Shown piece after piece: positions 50,020 to 59,734 of a stretch of 64,000 bases of DNA. The notes under the pieces were generated by a model, which had not been told where the DNA came from, made no database searches, and saw only the letters and a list, made by a program, of their open reading frames with translations. The position numbers were made by a program, and so were the translations under genes. This DNA comes from Deferribacter thermophilus. Its GTDB lineage: Bacteria > Chrysiogenota > Deferribacteres > Deferribacterales > Deferribacteraceae. The stretch is from NCBI RefSeq assembly GCF_049472675.1, contig NZ_JAPNXM010000007.1, positions 25,521 through 89,520 of the forward strand, read 5' to 3'. Numbering within the stretch: the first letter of the stretch is position 1; every line of letters begins with the position of its first letter.

Positions 50020-50451
50020 TTGATTATGATAGTGAAAGATTTTATGACAAAAAATGTCATAGTTGCTTATGAAAACGAAAATATCAGAGATGTAGTTTTA
50101 AGACTTAGAGAAAAAAATATTTCAGGGGTGCCAGTTTTAGATGAAAATAATAATGTTGTAGGAGTATTCAGTGAATCAGACCTTTTAGCCCAATTACCAG
50201 ACATATTACACGAAGCAGAACAGATCCCATTGATAGATGTAAAAGAATTAACCGATGCGCCAGTAAAAACTATAATGGGCAAGCCACCAATAACTATCCA
50301 TGAAAACGACTCACTCAAAAAAGCTGCCGAACTATTTCTAACAAAATATATTCATAGACTTCCTGTTTTAAACGATGAGGGTAAACTAGTAGGGATAATT
50401 TCACTTGGTGATGTGCTAAAAGCGTTTATAGAAAACGAATCCTGTCAATAA
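50020..50451 (+). CDS. CBS-domain pair protein
   Basis: 143 aa with two CBS motifs. Confidence 0.8.
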   Translation: MIMIVKDFMTKNVIVAYENENIRDVVLRLREKNISGVPVLDENNNVVGVFSESDLLAQLPDILHEAEQIPLIDVKELTDAPVKTIMGKPPITIHENDSLKKAAELFLTKYIHRLPVLNDEGKLVGIISLGDVLKAFIENESCQ

Positions 50452-50470
50452 AATAGAAAAAGGGGGAGTT

Positions 50471-51229
50471 ATGTTTGAAAATTTTTTAAGCACCTTGGAC
50501 AAGACAGTCAAGTTGCAAACTATTCCAGTTGCAACAAAATTCATCAAAGAAAGCAGCCAAATTGAAGGGATCAAAATACGATTAAAAAACAAAAAAATCA
50601 ATATTTGTCAGCAAATTGCATATTCAAGGTATTACGGATGGTCAACTTATGTTGAGGGCAACTACAGCTATTGCGTATTAGGTGCAAGCAACTGTGGATT
50701 AATTTCCACACCTGAAAGAGTAATTGAAGGGAAAGTAAATTGTTCAATATATCAAAAAGATATTAATGCTGCCAAAAAGATGCAAGAATGCATGCCAAGA
50801 GTAAAAGAAAGATTTACAGGCTTTTTAACTTACCCATTAACAAAACCTATTGAAAATATCATAACTGATGTAATAGTGATTTATGCTAATACTGCTCAAA
50901 CCATGCGTTTTCTTCAGGCATTTTTATATCATGAGGGTGGTGAATTTGTAATGAAAAGCAGTGGTGATGCTGGTGTTTGTTCAAGATGTGTTGTAGAAGC
51001 CTATCTAACAAATGAACCAAAAATTGAAATTCCCTGCCTTGGAGATAGAAGATTTGCAATGGCTCAAGATTTTGAATTAGCGATAGGTATCCCATACAAA
51101 AAATTGGATAAAGTAATTGAAGGATTACTGGAAACACATAAAGCTGGTATAAGATATCCTATCCCTTTTGATATGAAAGAGCATTGTGAATTACCAAAAG
51201 AATATACCACATTAGAAAATGATGCATGA
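50471..51229 (+). CDS. DUF169-family protein
   Basis: 252 aa. The pattern resembles DUF169/COG2043. Called from memory. Confidence 0.5.
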   Translation: MFENFLSTLDKTVKLQTIPVATKFIKESSQIEGIKIRLKNKKINICQQIAYSRYYGWSTYVEGNYSYCVLGASNCGLISTPERVIEGKVNCSIYQKDINAAKKMQECMPRVKERFTGFLTYPLTKPIENIITDVIVIYANTAQTMRFLQAFLYHEGGEFVMKSSGDAGVCSRCVVEAYLTNEPKIEIPCLGDRRFAMAQDFELAIGIPYKKLDKVIEGLLETHKAGIRYPIPFDMKEHCELPKEYTTLENDA

Positions 51230-51237
51230 GGTGAAAC

Positions 51238-51903
51238 TTGAAGCGGGATGAAGTAAAAAAGTTTGATGGAAAAAACGGCAATAGAGCATATATAATTTAC
51301 AAAGATAAAGTTTATGATGTAACTGATAGTAAATTTTGGAAAAATGGCATTCACATGTCAAGGCATAAAGCTGGTGAAGATTTAACTGATTTCATCTCAA
51401 TGGCACCCCATGGTGATGATGTTTTAGAAAGGGATAATATTAAGTTTGTTGATGTATTAGAACCTGAATCAATCAATGATAAAGAAGATAAAAAAGAGCT
51501 CTTAAGAAAGCTTTATAGTAAATTACACCCCCACCCTATTTTTGTGCATTTTCCAATGGGTATATTTTACTTTGGAGCATTAATGCAACTGTTATATCTT
51601 TTAACTAAAAACAGTACCTTTGAAAAAAGCGGATTTTATGCATTAATAGTTGCTACAATATCTATATTTCCTACAGTAACTTCGGGCATTTTAAGCTGGT
51701 GGATAAATTACGATTTAACATTAACAAAAATCTTTAAAAACAAAATAGTTTATTCTGTTATACTTACCGTTTTATCCATTTTATTAATTTTTATTAAATT
51801 GCAATCATCATCTATTATAATTTATACAGTCGGTTATTTTTTACTTATACCCATACTTACTTTTATTGCATACAATGGTGGTAAAATTACCTGGCCTAAT
51901 TAG
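51238..51903 (+). CDS. Cytochrome b5-like heme/steroid-binding domain fused to a 4-TM membrane domain
   Basis: N-terminal ..FDGKNGNRAYIIYKDKVYDVTDSKFWKNGIHM..HKAGEDLT resembles COG4892. The C-terminal half is hydrophobic. Confidence 0.55.
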   Translation: MKRDEVKKFDGKNGNRAYIIYKDKVYDVTDSKFWKNGIHMSRHKAGEDLTDFISMAPHGDDVLERDNIKFVDVLEPESINDKEDKKELLRKLYSKLHPHPIFVHFPMGIFYFGALMQLLYLLTKNSTFEKSGFYALIVATISIFPTVTSGILSWWINYDLTLTKIFKNKIVYSVILTVLSILLIFIKLQSSSIIIYTVGYFLLIPILTFIAYNGGKITWPN

Positions 51904-51925
51904 TTTTTAATTTTGGAGGAATGAA

Positions 51926-52168
51926 ATGGATAAAAAGTCTAAAATAAAGGCCTTAGAGCAAATGATAGAAGTAGTGCTAATTAGAATACCAAAAGAGATT
52001 GAGGCCATGAGATTTTATAAATCAGCAGCAGAAAAAGCTGTAGATGAAAATGCAAAAAAACTTTTTGAATCTTTAGCAGAGCAAGAAAAAGGGCATGAAG
52101 CAGAACTGAGAAGAATACTAGAAAATTTAAAAGCTCAATTATCCGAATTAAAAAATTCCAGCTCTTGA
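51926..52168 (+). CDS. Small ferritin/rubrerythrin-like helical protein
   Basis: 80 aa. E..H pattern (EQEKGHEAELR) as in ferritin-like half-domains. Weak. Confidence 0.4.
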   Translation: MDKKSKIKALEQMIEVVLIRIPKEIEAMRFYKSAAEKAVDENAKKLFESLAEQEKGHEAELRRILENLKAQLSELKNSSS

Positions 52169-52205
52169 TGTTGTAAATAATTTAAAAATCTGTTATCATA
52201 ATTAT

Positions 52206-52886
52206 ATGAATAACTTAATAAGTTCATTTAAATTACAAGAAAAACATATCGAAATTTTTAAAAAATATGGAAATGAACTTAATATAAAAACAGGAGAATT
52301 CCTTTTTTATGAAAATGATGAAGCAAAATCTGCATATCTCTTACTTGAAGGTGAACTTGATGTTTTAATCAAAGATAGCGTTGATTCTCTACGTTTAATA
52401 AATAAGCTTCATCCAATCACTCTTTTTGGAGAAATGGGCTTATTTACTACAGGTAAAAGAACAGCGACAATCAGGGCAACCAAAAATTCTAAAATAATAG
52501 AAATTGAATATAAAACCTTTCTTAGCATTGCATCTAAAATTCCAGCAGTAAATCTTAATATGATTAAAGAATTAAGTAAAAGACTAAAAGAATGTAACGA
52601 AAAATTAATAGAAAATATTGACTATCAAGCCAAAACTAAAACCATAACATATATTTATAAAGTTTTTAAAGAAAGATCAAAAATTGAGTTTGAAGAGAAC
52701 TTAGAAAATATCTTACCTATTATAAATATAGAAAAGAGTGAGCTATTAAAAACGCTTTTCTTTTTAGAAAAATTGAAAGTTATTTATCAATTAGATTTAA
52801 TTGACAACAACAAATTAAAATTTAATATTAATAAGAACTTAATTGAAAAATATTTTTTCAAATTTCTTTTAGGTGAAATAAAATAA
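52206..52886 (+). CDS. Cyclic-nucleotide-binding domain protein
   Basis: FGEMGLF..KRTATIRA cNMP-binding signature. No canonical C-terminal HTH. Confidence 0.6.
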   Translation: MNNLISSFKLQEKHIEIFKKYGNELNIKTGEFLFYENDEAKSAYLLLEGELDVLIKDSVDSLRLINKLHPITLFGEMGLFTTGKRTATIRATKNSKIIEIEYKTFLSIASKIPAVNLNMIKELSKRLKECNEKLIENIDYQAKTKTITYIYKVFKERSKIEFEENLENILPIINIEKSELLKTLFFLEKLKVIYQLDLIDNNKLKFNINKNLIEKYFFKFLLGEIK

Positions 52887-54479
52887 ATGGGATACACAGT
52901 CACTGCAAAATCATTGGAAGAAGCTTTTGAAAAAGCTCAAAAGTATTTTCAAAGAAACCTTTCTGAATTAGATTATAAAATTGTATCTATTAATCCAAAT
53001 GATGAAAATAAATATACTTTAGAATTTAATATTAAAGAGACAGTTATAGGTAAATCTGGAAAATTATACGAAGAGATTTTCACTGACGAGTTTGAAGTTA
53101 TTATTTCAGATGACGAGATGAAAGCTTATCTATTTATCCCTGAAAAACCAAAAAAAAATATAGACAAAGATTACTTGGTTAATTTATTAAATGAAAACAG
53201 TGTAAAAAGTGGTATTCTTACAGATGTTTTAGAGAAAATTGTACTTTTTCTAAAAAATGACAAACCTTTAGATTCATCAATATTAGTTGCAAAAGGAAAA
53301 CCTCCAAAAAATGGAAATAATGGAGAGCTTATTTTAAAAAGCAAATCAGACGATATCTTAGACTCATTTTTAACAGCAGATGAAATAGATGACAAAATAG
53401 ATTATAAAGAAGTTTTTAAAAAAAGGCTTTTTATTGTTGAAGAAAATGAAGAAGTAGCAATGATAATCCCCCCTTCCAAAGGGGAAGATGGCTTTACAGT
53501 AACAGGGAAAGTATTACCTGCAAAAGATGGAAAGCCTGTAGAAGTTAAATTAACAGATAATTTAATACTCAAAGACAACAAAATTATTTCTAAAATCAAA
53601 GGGTTGCTTTTAGTAAAACAAACAGATAATCTTAACTATGAAATAGATGTTTCAGAAGTATTTATAGTTAATGAAGATGTTGATTATTCTACTGGGAATA
53701 TAGATTTTCCTGGCTCAGTCATTATCAAAGGGGAAGTAAAAACTGATTTTACTGTAAAAGCTGGAAAAGATGTAATAGTCCAATCTGTCTCTGGAAACAT
53801 TTTAGCTGAAGGGAAAATTATAGTTAAAGAAGGTGTCACGGGAAAAAGTTTTGCAAATAGAAATATAATTAAGGCTGATGAGTTAGAAGCAAGTTATATA
53901 CAATTTTCAAATATCACTGTAAACAAAGATATAAAAGTAAAAAAATATATTAGAGATTCAATAATTTATAGTGAAGGGAAAGTAGAAGTAACAGGTACAC
54001 CCGGAATGGTTTATGGAGGGAAAATAAATGCTTTAGAAGGGATTACAGTAAAAATATTAGGCTCACCTTCATTTACCAAAACTGTAGTTTCCACTGGTAT
54101 ATCAACTAAAATTTTAAACGATATTTCCACTTTATTAGCAGAAAAAAGTGCAATAAATGAACAACTAACAAAAATCAGACTCTATCTTGGTAATGCAGAT
54201 CGTCCATTAGTAAGGGATAAATTAAAAGAAAAAATAGAAAAATTGAAAGCAACAAAATTTGAACTCAACAAAAAATTAATGAGTATAGAAGTAAAACTTA
54301 AGGAGTTGTATGAAGAAGTGCAAAAATTCAAAAACTCAAAAATTGAAGTTTTAAAAGAGGCTTATCCTAATGTAAAAATTATTATTGGGGAAGCTACCTT
54401 ATTATTAGAAAAGAAGTTAAGAAATGGATATTTCTTTTATAATAAAGATAAAAATGCAATTGATTATATGTTGAAATAA
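52887..54479 (+). CDS. FapA/DUF342-family protein
   Basis: 530 aa. Central beta-solenoid-like repeats and a C-terminal coiled coil. Confidence 0.55.
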   Translation: MGYTVTAKSLEEAFEKAQKYFQRNLSELDYKIVSINPNDENKYTLEFNIKETVIGKSGKLYEEIFTDEFEVIISDDEMKAYLFIPEKPKKNIDKDYLVNLLNENSVKSGILTDVLEKIVLFLKNDKPLDSSILVAKGKPPKNGNNGELILKSKSDDILDSFLTADEIDDKIDYKEVFKKRLFIVEENEEVAMIIPPSKGEDGFTVTGKVLPAKDGKPVEVKLTDNLILKDNKIISKIKGLLLVKQTDNLNYEIDVSEVFIVNEDVDYSTGNIDFPGSVIIKGEVKTDFTVKAGKDVIVQSVSGNILAEGKIIVKEGVTGKSFANRNIIKADELEASYIQFSNITVNKDIKVKKYIRDSIIYSEGKVEVTGTPGMVYGGKINALEGITVKILGSPSFTKTVVSTGISTKILNDISTLLAEKSAINEQLTKIRLYLGNADRPLVRDKLKEKIEKLKATKFELNKKLMSIEVKLKELYEEVQKFKNSKIEVLKEAYPNVKIIIGEATLLLEKKLRNGYFFYNKDKNAIDYMLK

Positions 54480-54480
54480 A

Positions 54481-54520
54481 TAAAAAAAAGGGCTACAAAA
54501 TGCAGCCCTTAACCCTTTAT
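54481..54520. terminator. Bidirectional terminator hairpin (AGGGCTACA-aaa-TGCAGCCCT) between convergent genes
   Basis: 9-bp stem with one mismatch, flanked by A8 upstream and a T-rich tract downstream. Confidence 0.65.
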
Positions 54521-56229
54521 ATTTTAAATCTTTTTATTTGAGTTTGTAATTCTTCAGCAAGTTTTGATAACATCTCAACAGCAGTAGCCATTTCTGAAGC
54601 AGCTATTGAATTTTCATTAATTACTTTCGAAATACTTTCTATTGATCTTGCCATCATTTCTGTTGCTTTTGCTTGTTCATCGGTTGCTCTAGCTATATTT
54701 TCAACTTCCATCGAAACAGTTTCTACATTTTCTTTAATTATATCAAGAGCTTCTTTTGCTTCATCAGCTTTTACTTTTCCTATTTCAACCTGCTCCACCC
54801 CTTCACTCATACTTGCCACAGCCCCACCTGTATCCGCTTGAATATTTTGTATCATTTCGGTAATATCTTTTGTAGCTCTCATTGTTTTTTCAGCTAGCTT
54901 TCTTACTTCATCAGCAACCACAGCAAAACCTCTACCATGCTCACCAGCTCTTGCTGCTTCAATTGCAGCGTTTAACGCTAAAAGATTCGTTTGATCAGCA
55001 ATATCATTAATAACCTGAATTATCTCACCAATTTGCTCACTTGATTCTCCAAGAGTCCTTACAGTCTCTGCAGCTTGAGAAACTGTTATTGCAATTTGAT
55101 CCATCATCTGTTTTGTCTCTTCTACCAAGGCATGACCTTTAACAACAGATTCTTTTGCTTCTGCTGCACTTTTTGCCACATTTGCAGCATTTTGAGCTAC
55201 TTCCATAACAGTTGCATTTACCTCTTCTACTGCGCTTGCTGTTGCAGCTGCCTCTTCACTTTGTTCTCTTGCACCAGCTGCAATAGCCTCAGAATTTGAA
55301 GCTAGTTGTGCCGAAGTAGAAGCTAGTGATACCACCGATTCAGAAACTGAGCTTAAAACATTTCTTATATCATCCACCATTTTATTTACAGCTTTTGCAA
55401 CAGCACCAACCTCATCATCATACTTTACATCCACTTTTGCGGTAAAATCACCATTTGCAATTCTTGCCAAGGCTGCATTAATATTATCAAATCTTGAGAA
55501 TATCAATTTTGAATTTAAAATATAAAGCATTGCAATAATTATAATTAAAACAATTATTAAAACAGAAAAATCTCTTGTGATATTTTTATTTATCATAGCA
55601 TTAATTGGAGCTAGAGGAATAAAAATTTCAAATGCACCATGTACTTCACCTGCTTTCCAACCCTCCATTTTAACTCCTGTTGGATCCAACCCTTTGTCAT
55701 TCCCCCAATATTTCTCACTCTCAGCTGGATCTCCATGACACCATTCACACTCTTTAGAAAGTCTTATGGCTTTAAAATATCTTATATAACCAGAATCTTT
55801 ATCTATTAAAACCTTCTCAGGGGTATTTCCAGTGCCTGTATCTTTACTTTTTAACTCAGATAATACTTCTTCCTCTAAAGAATCAGGTTGATTATCAGGG
55901 TTTCTTGGTGAAACTTTAGGAACTTTAAATTTTATACCTAACTCTTTTGCCTTACTTTTAATTATTTTCATTGAACTAACAACAGGAACTGTCAATAAAA
56001 ACTTATTTACATCCTTTTTAATTTCATCAAAATTGTATAAATTAGCGTCCCATTTTTTAGCCATAAACTCTCTTGTCCCTTCAGCAACTACAATAATATT
56101 TCTTGCCCTTTCAACTTGAGATTCAATAGCAGTTTTTTTTGCAATTTTTGCGCTAAACAGAAATAAGATACTAAATGAAATCAACAAAATTACAGATATT
56201 ATTAGAGCTAACTTTAATTTTAAACTCAT
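54517..56229 (-). CDS. Methyl-accepting chemotaxis protein with a periplasmic sensor domain containing a CxxCH heme-c motif
   Basis: TM1 - about 190-aa periplasmic domain containing CEWCH - TM2 - HAMP - MCP signalling domain. Confidence 0.85.
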   Translation of the reverse strand: MSLKLKLALIISVILLISFSILFLFSAKIAKKTAIESQVERARNIIVVAEGTREFMAKKWDANLYNFDEIKKDVNKFLLTVPVVSSMKIIKSKAKELGIKFKVPKVSPRNPDNQPDSLEEEVLSELKSKDTGTGNTPEKVLIDKDSGYIRYFKAIRLSKECEWCHGDPAESEKYWGNDKGLDPTGVKMEGWKAGEVHGAFEIFIPLAPINAMINKNITRDFSVLIIVLIIIIAMLYILNSKLIFSRFDNINAALARIANGDFTAKVDVKYDDEVGAVAKAVNKMVDDIRNVLSSVSESVVSLASTSAQLASNSEAIAAGAREQSEEAAATASAVEEVNATVMEVAQNAANVAKSAAEAKESVVKGHALVEETKQMMDQIAITVSQAAETVRTLGESSEQIGEIIQVINDIADQTNLLALNAAIEAARAGEHGRGFAVVADEVRKLAEKTMRATKDITEMIQNIQADTGGAVASMSEGVEQVEIGKVKADEAKEALDIIKENVETVSMEVENIARATDEQAKATEMMARSIESISKVINENSIAASEMATAVEMLSKLAEELQTQIKRFKI

Positions 56230-56284
56230 TATTTACCCCCAAAATCACAGATTTATTATATAATCGTCAATATAAAGAAAATAT

Positions 56285-56697
56285 TTAATTTTTTTCAATA
56301 TTCTTTAAAAAGGAAACAAGAACAATATCTGTTTTTAAAATATGATTTTCATACCATTCTCTTAACGATTTTAATACTAATAAAGTATCAGCTTTATTCA
56401 TACCACTTAAAATTTTTAATCTTTTTTTAGCAAAATCTTTTCTAAACTTTCATGTTCCAACTTATGTACTTCATAATCTGGATAGTTATATTTTTGCATA
56501 AACTCTTCTTCAGTTTTGAAATGAGTTTTTACATAGTTTTCTAAAAATGTTAAGGAATCTGAAATAGCTTTTTCACCCTCCCCTACTTTAAAGTATTTTT
56601 CAATTTTTGCCAATAAATAAAACATAGCTCCATGCTGCTCATCAATCCTATCTATCCCAGTTATTAAATTCTCTGGTAAATATTCTTTCATTAACAC
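56285..56697 (-). pseudogene. Hemerythrin-like protein interrupted by a -1/+2 frameshift at or near an A7 (T7 on +) homopolymer
   Basis: The 5' ORF (93 aa) ends ..HKLEHESLEKILLKKD*. The hemerythrin C-terminus (KDFAKKRLKILSGMNKADTLLVLKSLREWYENHILKTDIVLVSFLK) continues in another frame, starting inside the overlap. The T7 run is at about 56425-56431. The joined length is about 135 aa, typical for hemerythrin. Confidence 0.6.
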
Positions 56698-56707
56698 CTC
56701 AAAAAAT

Positions 56708-56759
56708 CCCGGCTGAATGCTTCAGAGGGGAGGAGGGTAGAAGCATAGGATCAGCCGGG
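56708..56759 (-). terminator. Long GC-rich hairpin (CCCGGCTGA-ATGCTTC...GAAGCAT-TCAGCCGGG) followed by T6 on the - strand
   Basis: 16 perfectly paired bp in two stem segments with a 17-nt loop. On the - strand the loop is C/U-rich (CUACCCUCCUCCCCUCU). The U-tract is followed immediately by the GAGGTG RBS of the hemerythrin gene. Confidence 0.55.
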
Positions 56760-56828
56760 CAAAAAGAAGCATTGTTATTAATTATATTTTATACAAACTT
56801 TAAAACTTTTTCAACTTTTATTTAAATT

Positions 56829-57212
56829 TTAAACTAAAGTTGTTTCCTCTTTTCTAATTATTCTATTTTTTTCATCAACCTGGATTACAACAGGTTTTAA
56901 ATCTTTTAACTCTTCTTCATCATACAAACCATAAGATACAATAATAACCATATCCCCAGGCTGTACAAGCCTTGCAGCTGCACCGTTTAAACAAATTTCA
57001 CCACTTCCTGGTCTACCTTCAATTGTGTAAGTGGAAAATCTTGCACCGTTCGTAATATTGTAAATATCAACCTTTTCATAAGGTAAAATCCCTGCAGCAT
57101 CCATAAGCTCTTTGTCAATGGTAATACTACCTTCATAATGAAGATCAGCATCTGTCACTGTAGCTCTGTGAATTTTGGATTTAAACATTATCCTTTTCAT
57201 ATTACACCTCAA
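56829..57212 (-). CDS. panD: Aspartate 1-decarboxylase
   Basis: 127 aa with GSITID pyruvoyl-processing motif. Confidence 0.9.
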   Translation of the reverse strand: MRCNMKRIMFKSKIHRATVTDADLHYEGSITIDKELMDAAGILPYEKVDIYNITNGARFSTYTIEGRPGSGEICLNGAAARLVQPGDMVIIVSYGLYDEEELKDLKPVVIQVDEKNRIIRKEETTLV

Positions 57213-58047
57213 ATATATTATTATCTATAAGTCTTGCCTTACCCACAAATACAGCTAAAGCAAGTAAAAATTTATCTTTTATATCCTCAACTTTTTCTAA
57301 AGATTCAGGATCTACAATTTCTACATAATCAATTTTTGTATAAGGATGTGAAGAGATAAAATCAATAACCCTCTTTTTTATCTCACCTGCGCTTCTCACC
57401 CCTTCAGCCAAAGCATCTTCAACAATTTTAAAAGATCTATTTAGTGATAAAGCTGACTTTCTTTCCTCCTCATTAAGATAAACATTTCTCGAACTCATCG
57501 CTAAACCATCAGATTCTCTCACAATTGGCATACCAACAATATTTACATCCATATCAAGATCTTTAACAAATCTTTCAATAACTTTTAATTGCTGATAATC
57601 TTTTTTCCCAAAATAGGCATTGTCAGGCTTTACAATATTAAAAAGTTTTGTAACAACTGTGCATACACCATCAAAATGACCTGGTCTGCTAGCTCCACAT
57701 AAAACCTCGGTAATTTTTCCCACAGAAACTTTAGTCAAAAAGTCTTTTGGATACATCTCTTCTACAGATGGGTAAAACAATACATCAACACCCTCTTTTT
57801 CCAGTATGGCTTTATCTCTTTCTAAATCTCTTGGATATTTATCAAGATCTTCATTAGGCCCAAATTGTAATGGGTTTACGAAAATACTTACTACTACTTT
57901 GTCATTTTCCTTCTTTGCTTGTCTAACAAGTGAAAGATGCCCCTCATGCAAATATCCCATAGTGGGCACAAATCCTATTTTATATCCATTATTTTTAAAA
58001 TCTTGACTTATTTTTTTCATTTCTGCTTTACTATTAACAATCTGCAT
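57202..58047 (-). CDS. panC: Pantoate--beta-alanine ligase
   Basis: [10 protein letters not shown] motif. 281 aa. Confidence 0.9.
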   Translation of the reverse strand: MQIVNSKAEMKKISQDFKNNGYKIGFVPTMGYLHEGHLSLVRQAKKENDKVVVSIFVNPLQFGPNEDLDKYPRDLERDKAILEKEGVDVLFYPSVEEMYPKDFLTKVSVGKITEVLCGASRPGHFDGVCTVVTKLFNIVKPDNAYFGKKDYQQLKVIERFVKDLDMDVNIVGMPIVRESDGLAMSSRNVYLNEEERKSALSLNRSFKIVEDALAEGVRSAGEIKKRVIDFISSHPYTKIDYVEIVDPESLEKVEDIKDKFLLALAVFVGKARLIDNNIFEV

Positions 58048-58049
58048 AA

Positions 58050-58868
58050 CTAACCTCTAAAAAAAGTGTGTTCTTTTGACGGGAAAACATCATTTTTTAC
58101 TTCTTCTATATATTTTTTACCACCATCCAAAATAACTGACTTGACATCAGCATATCTTTTAACAAACTTTGGGACAAAATCATCAAACATACCAAAAACA
58201 TCATGGAATACTAGTATTTGGCCATCGCAATCTTTACCAGCACCAATACCTATTGTTGGCACTTTGACTGTTTCAGTAATCTTTTTACTTACTTCAGCAA
58301 CAACCCCCTCTAAAACGATAGCAAAAACTCCAGCATCTTCCAAAGCCAGAGCATCCTCTATCAATTTTTCATCCCCTTCTCTACCCTGGATTTTATAGCC
58401 ACCCATAGAATGAACATATTGAGGCATAAGACCTATATGCCCCATTACATTAATACCTCTATCAACAAGTTTTTTTATTAATGATGCAACATTTTTCCCA
58501 CCTTCAAGCTTAACAGCCTCTGCACCACTTTCTTTAATAACCCTTACACAATTTTTTATGGCATCCTCTTCACTAACATGATAAGTTCCAAATGGCATAT
58601 CAGCCACTAAAAAAGCTCTTTTTAAACCTCTCTTAACAGCCTTAGTATGATAAATTATTTCATCAAGTGTTACATAAAGGGTATTTTCATATCCATTAAT
58701 AACCATTCCTAATGAATCACCCACCAATACCAAATCGACACCTGCTGCATCCACTAATTTTGCTGATGTGTAATCATAAGCTGTAAGACATGCAATTTTT
58801 TCACCATCATTTTTCATTCTTTTTAAATGATTAATTGTAATTTTCTTTATCTCACTATATTTACTCAT
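58050..58868 (-). CDS. panB: 3-methyl-2-oxobutanoate hydroxymethyltransferase
   Basis: 272 aa. Typical KPTB family sequence (..[14 protein letters not shown]..). Confidence 0.9.
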   Translation of the reverse strand: MSKYSEIKKITINHLKRMKNDGEKIACLTAYDYTSAKLVDAAGVDLVLVGDSLGMVINGYENTLYVTLDEIIYHTKAVKRGLKRAFLVADMPFGTYHVSEEDAIKNCVRVIKESGAEAVKLEGGKNVASLIKKLVDRGINVMGHIGLMPQYVHSMGGYKIQGREGDEKLIEDALALEDAGVFAIVLEGVVAEVSKKITETVKVPTIGIGAGKDCDGQILVFHDVFGMFDDFVPKFVKRYADVKSVILDGGKKYIEEVKNDVFPSKEHTFFRG

Positions 58869-58882
58869 TTATCACCTCAAAC

Positions 58883-58913
58883 AAAAAAAGCCTTCCGGCG
58901 GAAACCGGAAGGC
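58883..58913 (-). terminator. Hairpin (GCCTTCCGG-cggaaa-CCGGAAGGC) plus a U7 tract on the - strand, 14 nt upstream of the panB start
   Basis: Perfect 9-bp stem. On the - strand a T7 run follows, then the TTGAGGTGAT RBS and the panB ATG. Terminator-like element in a leader position. Confidence 0.5.
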
Positions 58914-59044
58914 TATTTATCGCACAAATATACTTTTCATAAATATAGCCGTCTCGGTCCCGCCAGGGATCCAAGCGTTTCGAGCTGTAAAATATATAAT
59001 TTTTCACATTTGTCAAATAATTTTTTAAAAAAATAACTAAAAGC

Positions 59045-59074
59045 TTGACAGTTTAAATTTTAATTGCCAATATA
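59045..59074 (+). promoter_or_regulatory. Candidate sigma70-type promoter for the pyrR operon (TTGACA-N17/18-CAATAT/AATATA)
   Basis: Perfect -35 hexamer at 59045-59050. The -10 is weak. About 100 nt upstream of the attenuator hairpin. Confidence 0.3.
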
Positions 59075-59135
59075 TTAGGGGTGGTCAAATGAATATAATT
59101 TTAAATAAACCTATCAGCAAAAAGTTTGATAATTC

Positions 59136-59167
59136 GCCTTCTGGGAAACCGGAAGGCTTTTTTTTTA
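59136..59167 (+). terminator. Leader terminator/attenuator hairpin (GCCTTCTGG-gaaa-CCGGAAGGC) plus T9, 14 nt upstream of the pyrR start
   Basis: A terminator directly in front of the pyrR RBS fits PyrR-mediated attenuation. I could not identify the PyrR-binding loop with confidence. Confidence 0.55.
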
Positions 59168-59181
59168 TCCGGAGGTAAATT

Positions 59182-59727
59182 ATGCAACAATTTGAAAAAG
59201 AAATTTTAAATACTCACGAACTTGATAACATGCTTACAAGACTTACATTCCAAATTTTAGAAAAATTCTCCGATTTTGAAAACACCAAAATAATTGGAAT
59301 AAAACGAAGAGGAGCAATCTTAGCAGATAGAATACATGAGAAAATAAAGCAATTTAAAAATTTTAATATTGATATAGGTTATTTAGATATCACTCTTTAT
59401 AGAGATGATTTAACTGAAATATCGGAATTTCCTATTTTACGAGGCACAGAAATCAATTTTGATGTTAAAAACAAAAATATTATCTTAATAGATGATGTAA
59501 TTTTTACAGGTAGAACCGTAAGGGCTGCTTTAGATGCCATAATAGATTATGGAAGACCTAAAAAAATAATTTTAGCAGTTCTTATTGATAGAGGGCATAG
59601 AGAACTGCCTATTCAACCTGACTTTAAGGGTAAATATGTTCCCACCAGCCTCGATGAAAGAATTAATGTAAAACTAAAAGAAATAGACGGAATTGATAGT
59701 GTTAGCATAAGTAAAATGATAAAGTGA
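59182..59727 (+). CDS. pyrR: Pyrimidine operon attenuation protein / uracil phosphoribosyltransferase
   Basis: 181 aa with PRTase motif [13 protein letters not shown]. Confidence 0.9.
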   Translation: MQQFEKEILNTHELDNMLTRLTFQILEKFSDFENTKIIGIKRRGAILADRIHEKIKQFKNFNIDIGYLDITLYRDDLTEISEFPILRGTEINFDVKNKNIILIDDVIFTGRTVRAALDAIIDYGRPKKIILAVLIDRGHRELPIQPDFKGKYVPTSLDERINVKLKEIDGIDSVSISKMIK

Positions 59728-59734
59728 GGGCGCT

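Noticed and set aside
58945-58990. GC-rich block (GTCTCGGTCCCGCCAGGGATCCAAGCG) as a tRNA or small RNA gene
   Set aside because: It is too short and lacks tRNA-like arms (no TΨC-type GGTTCGA motif). It is kept only as part of the pan/pyr leader observation.
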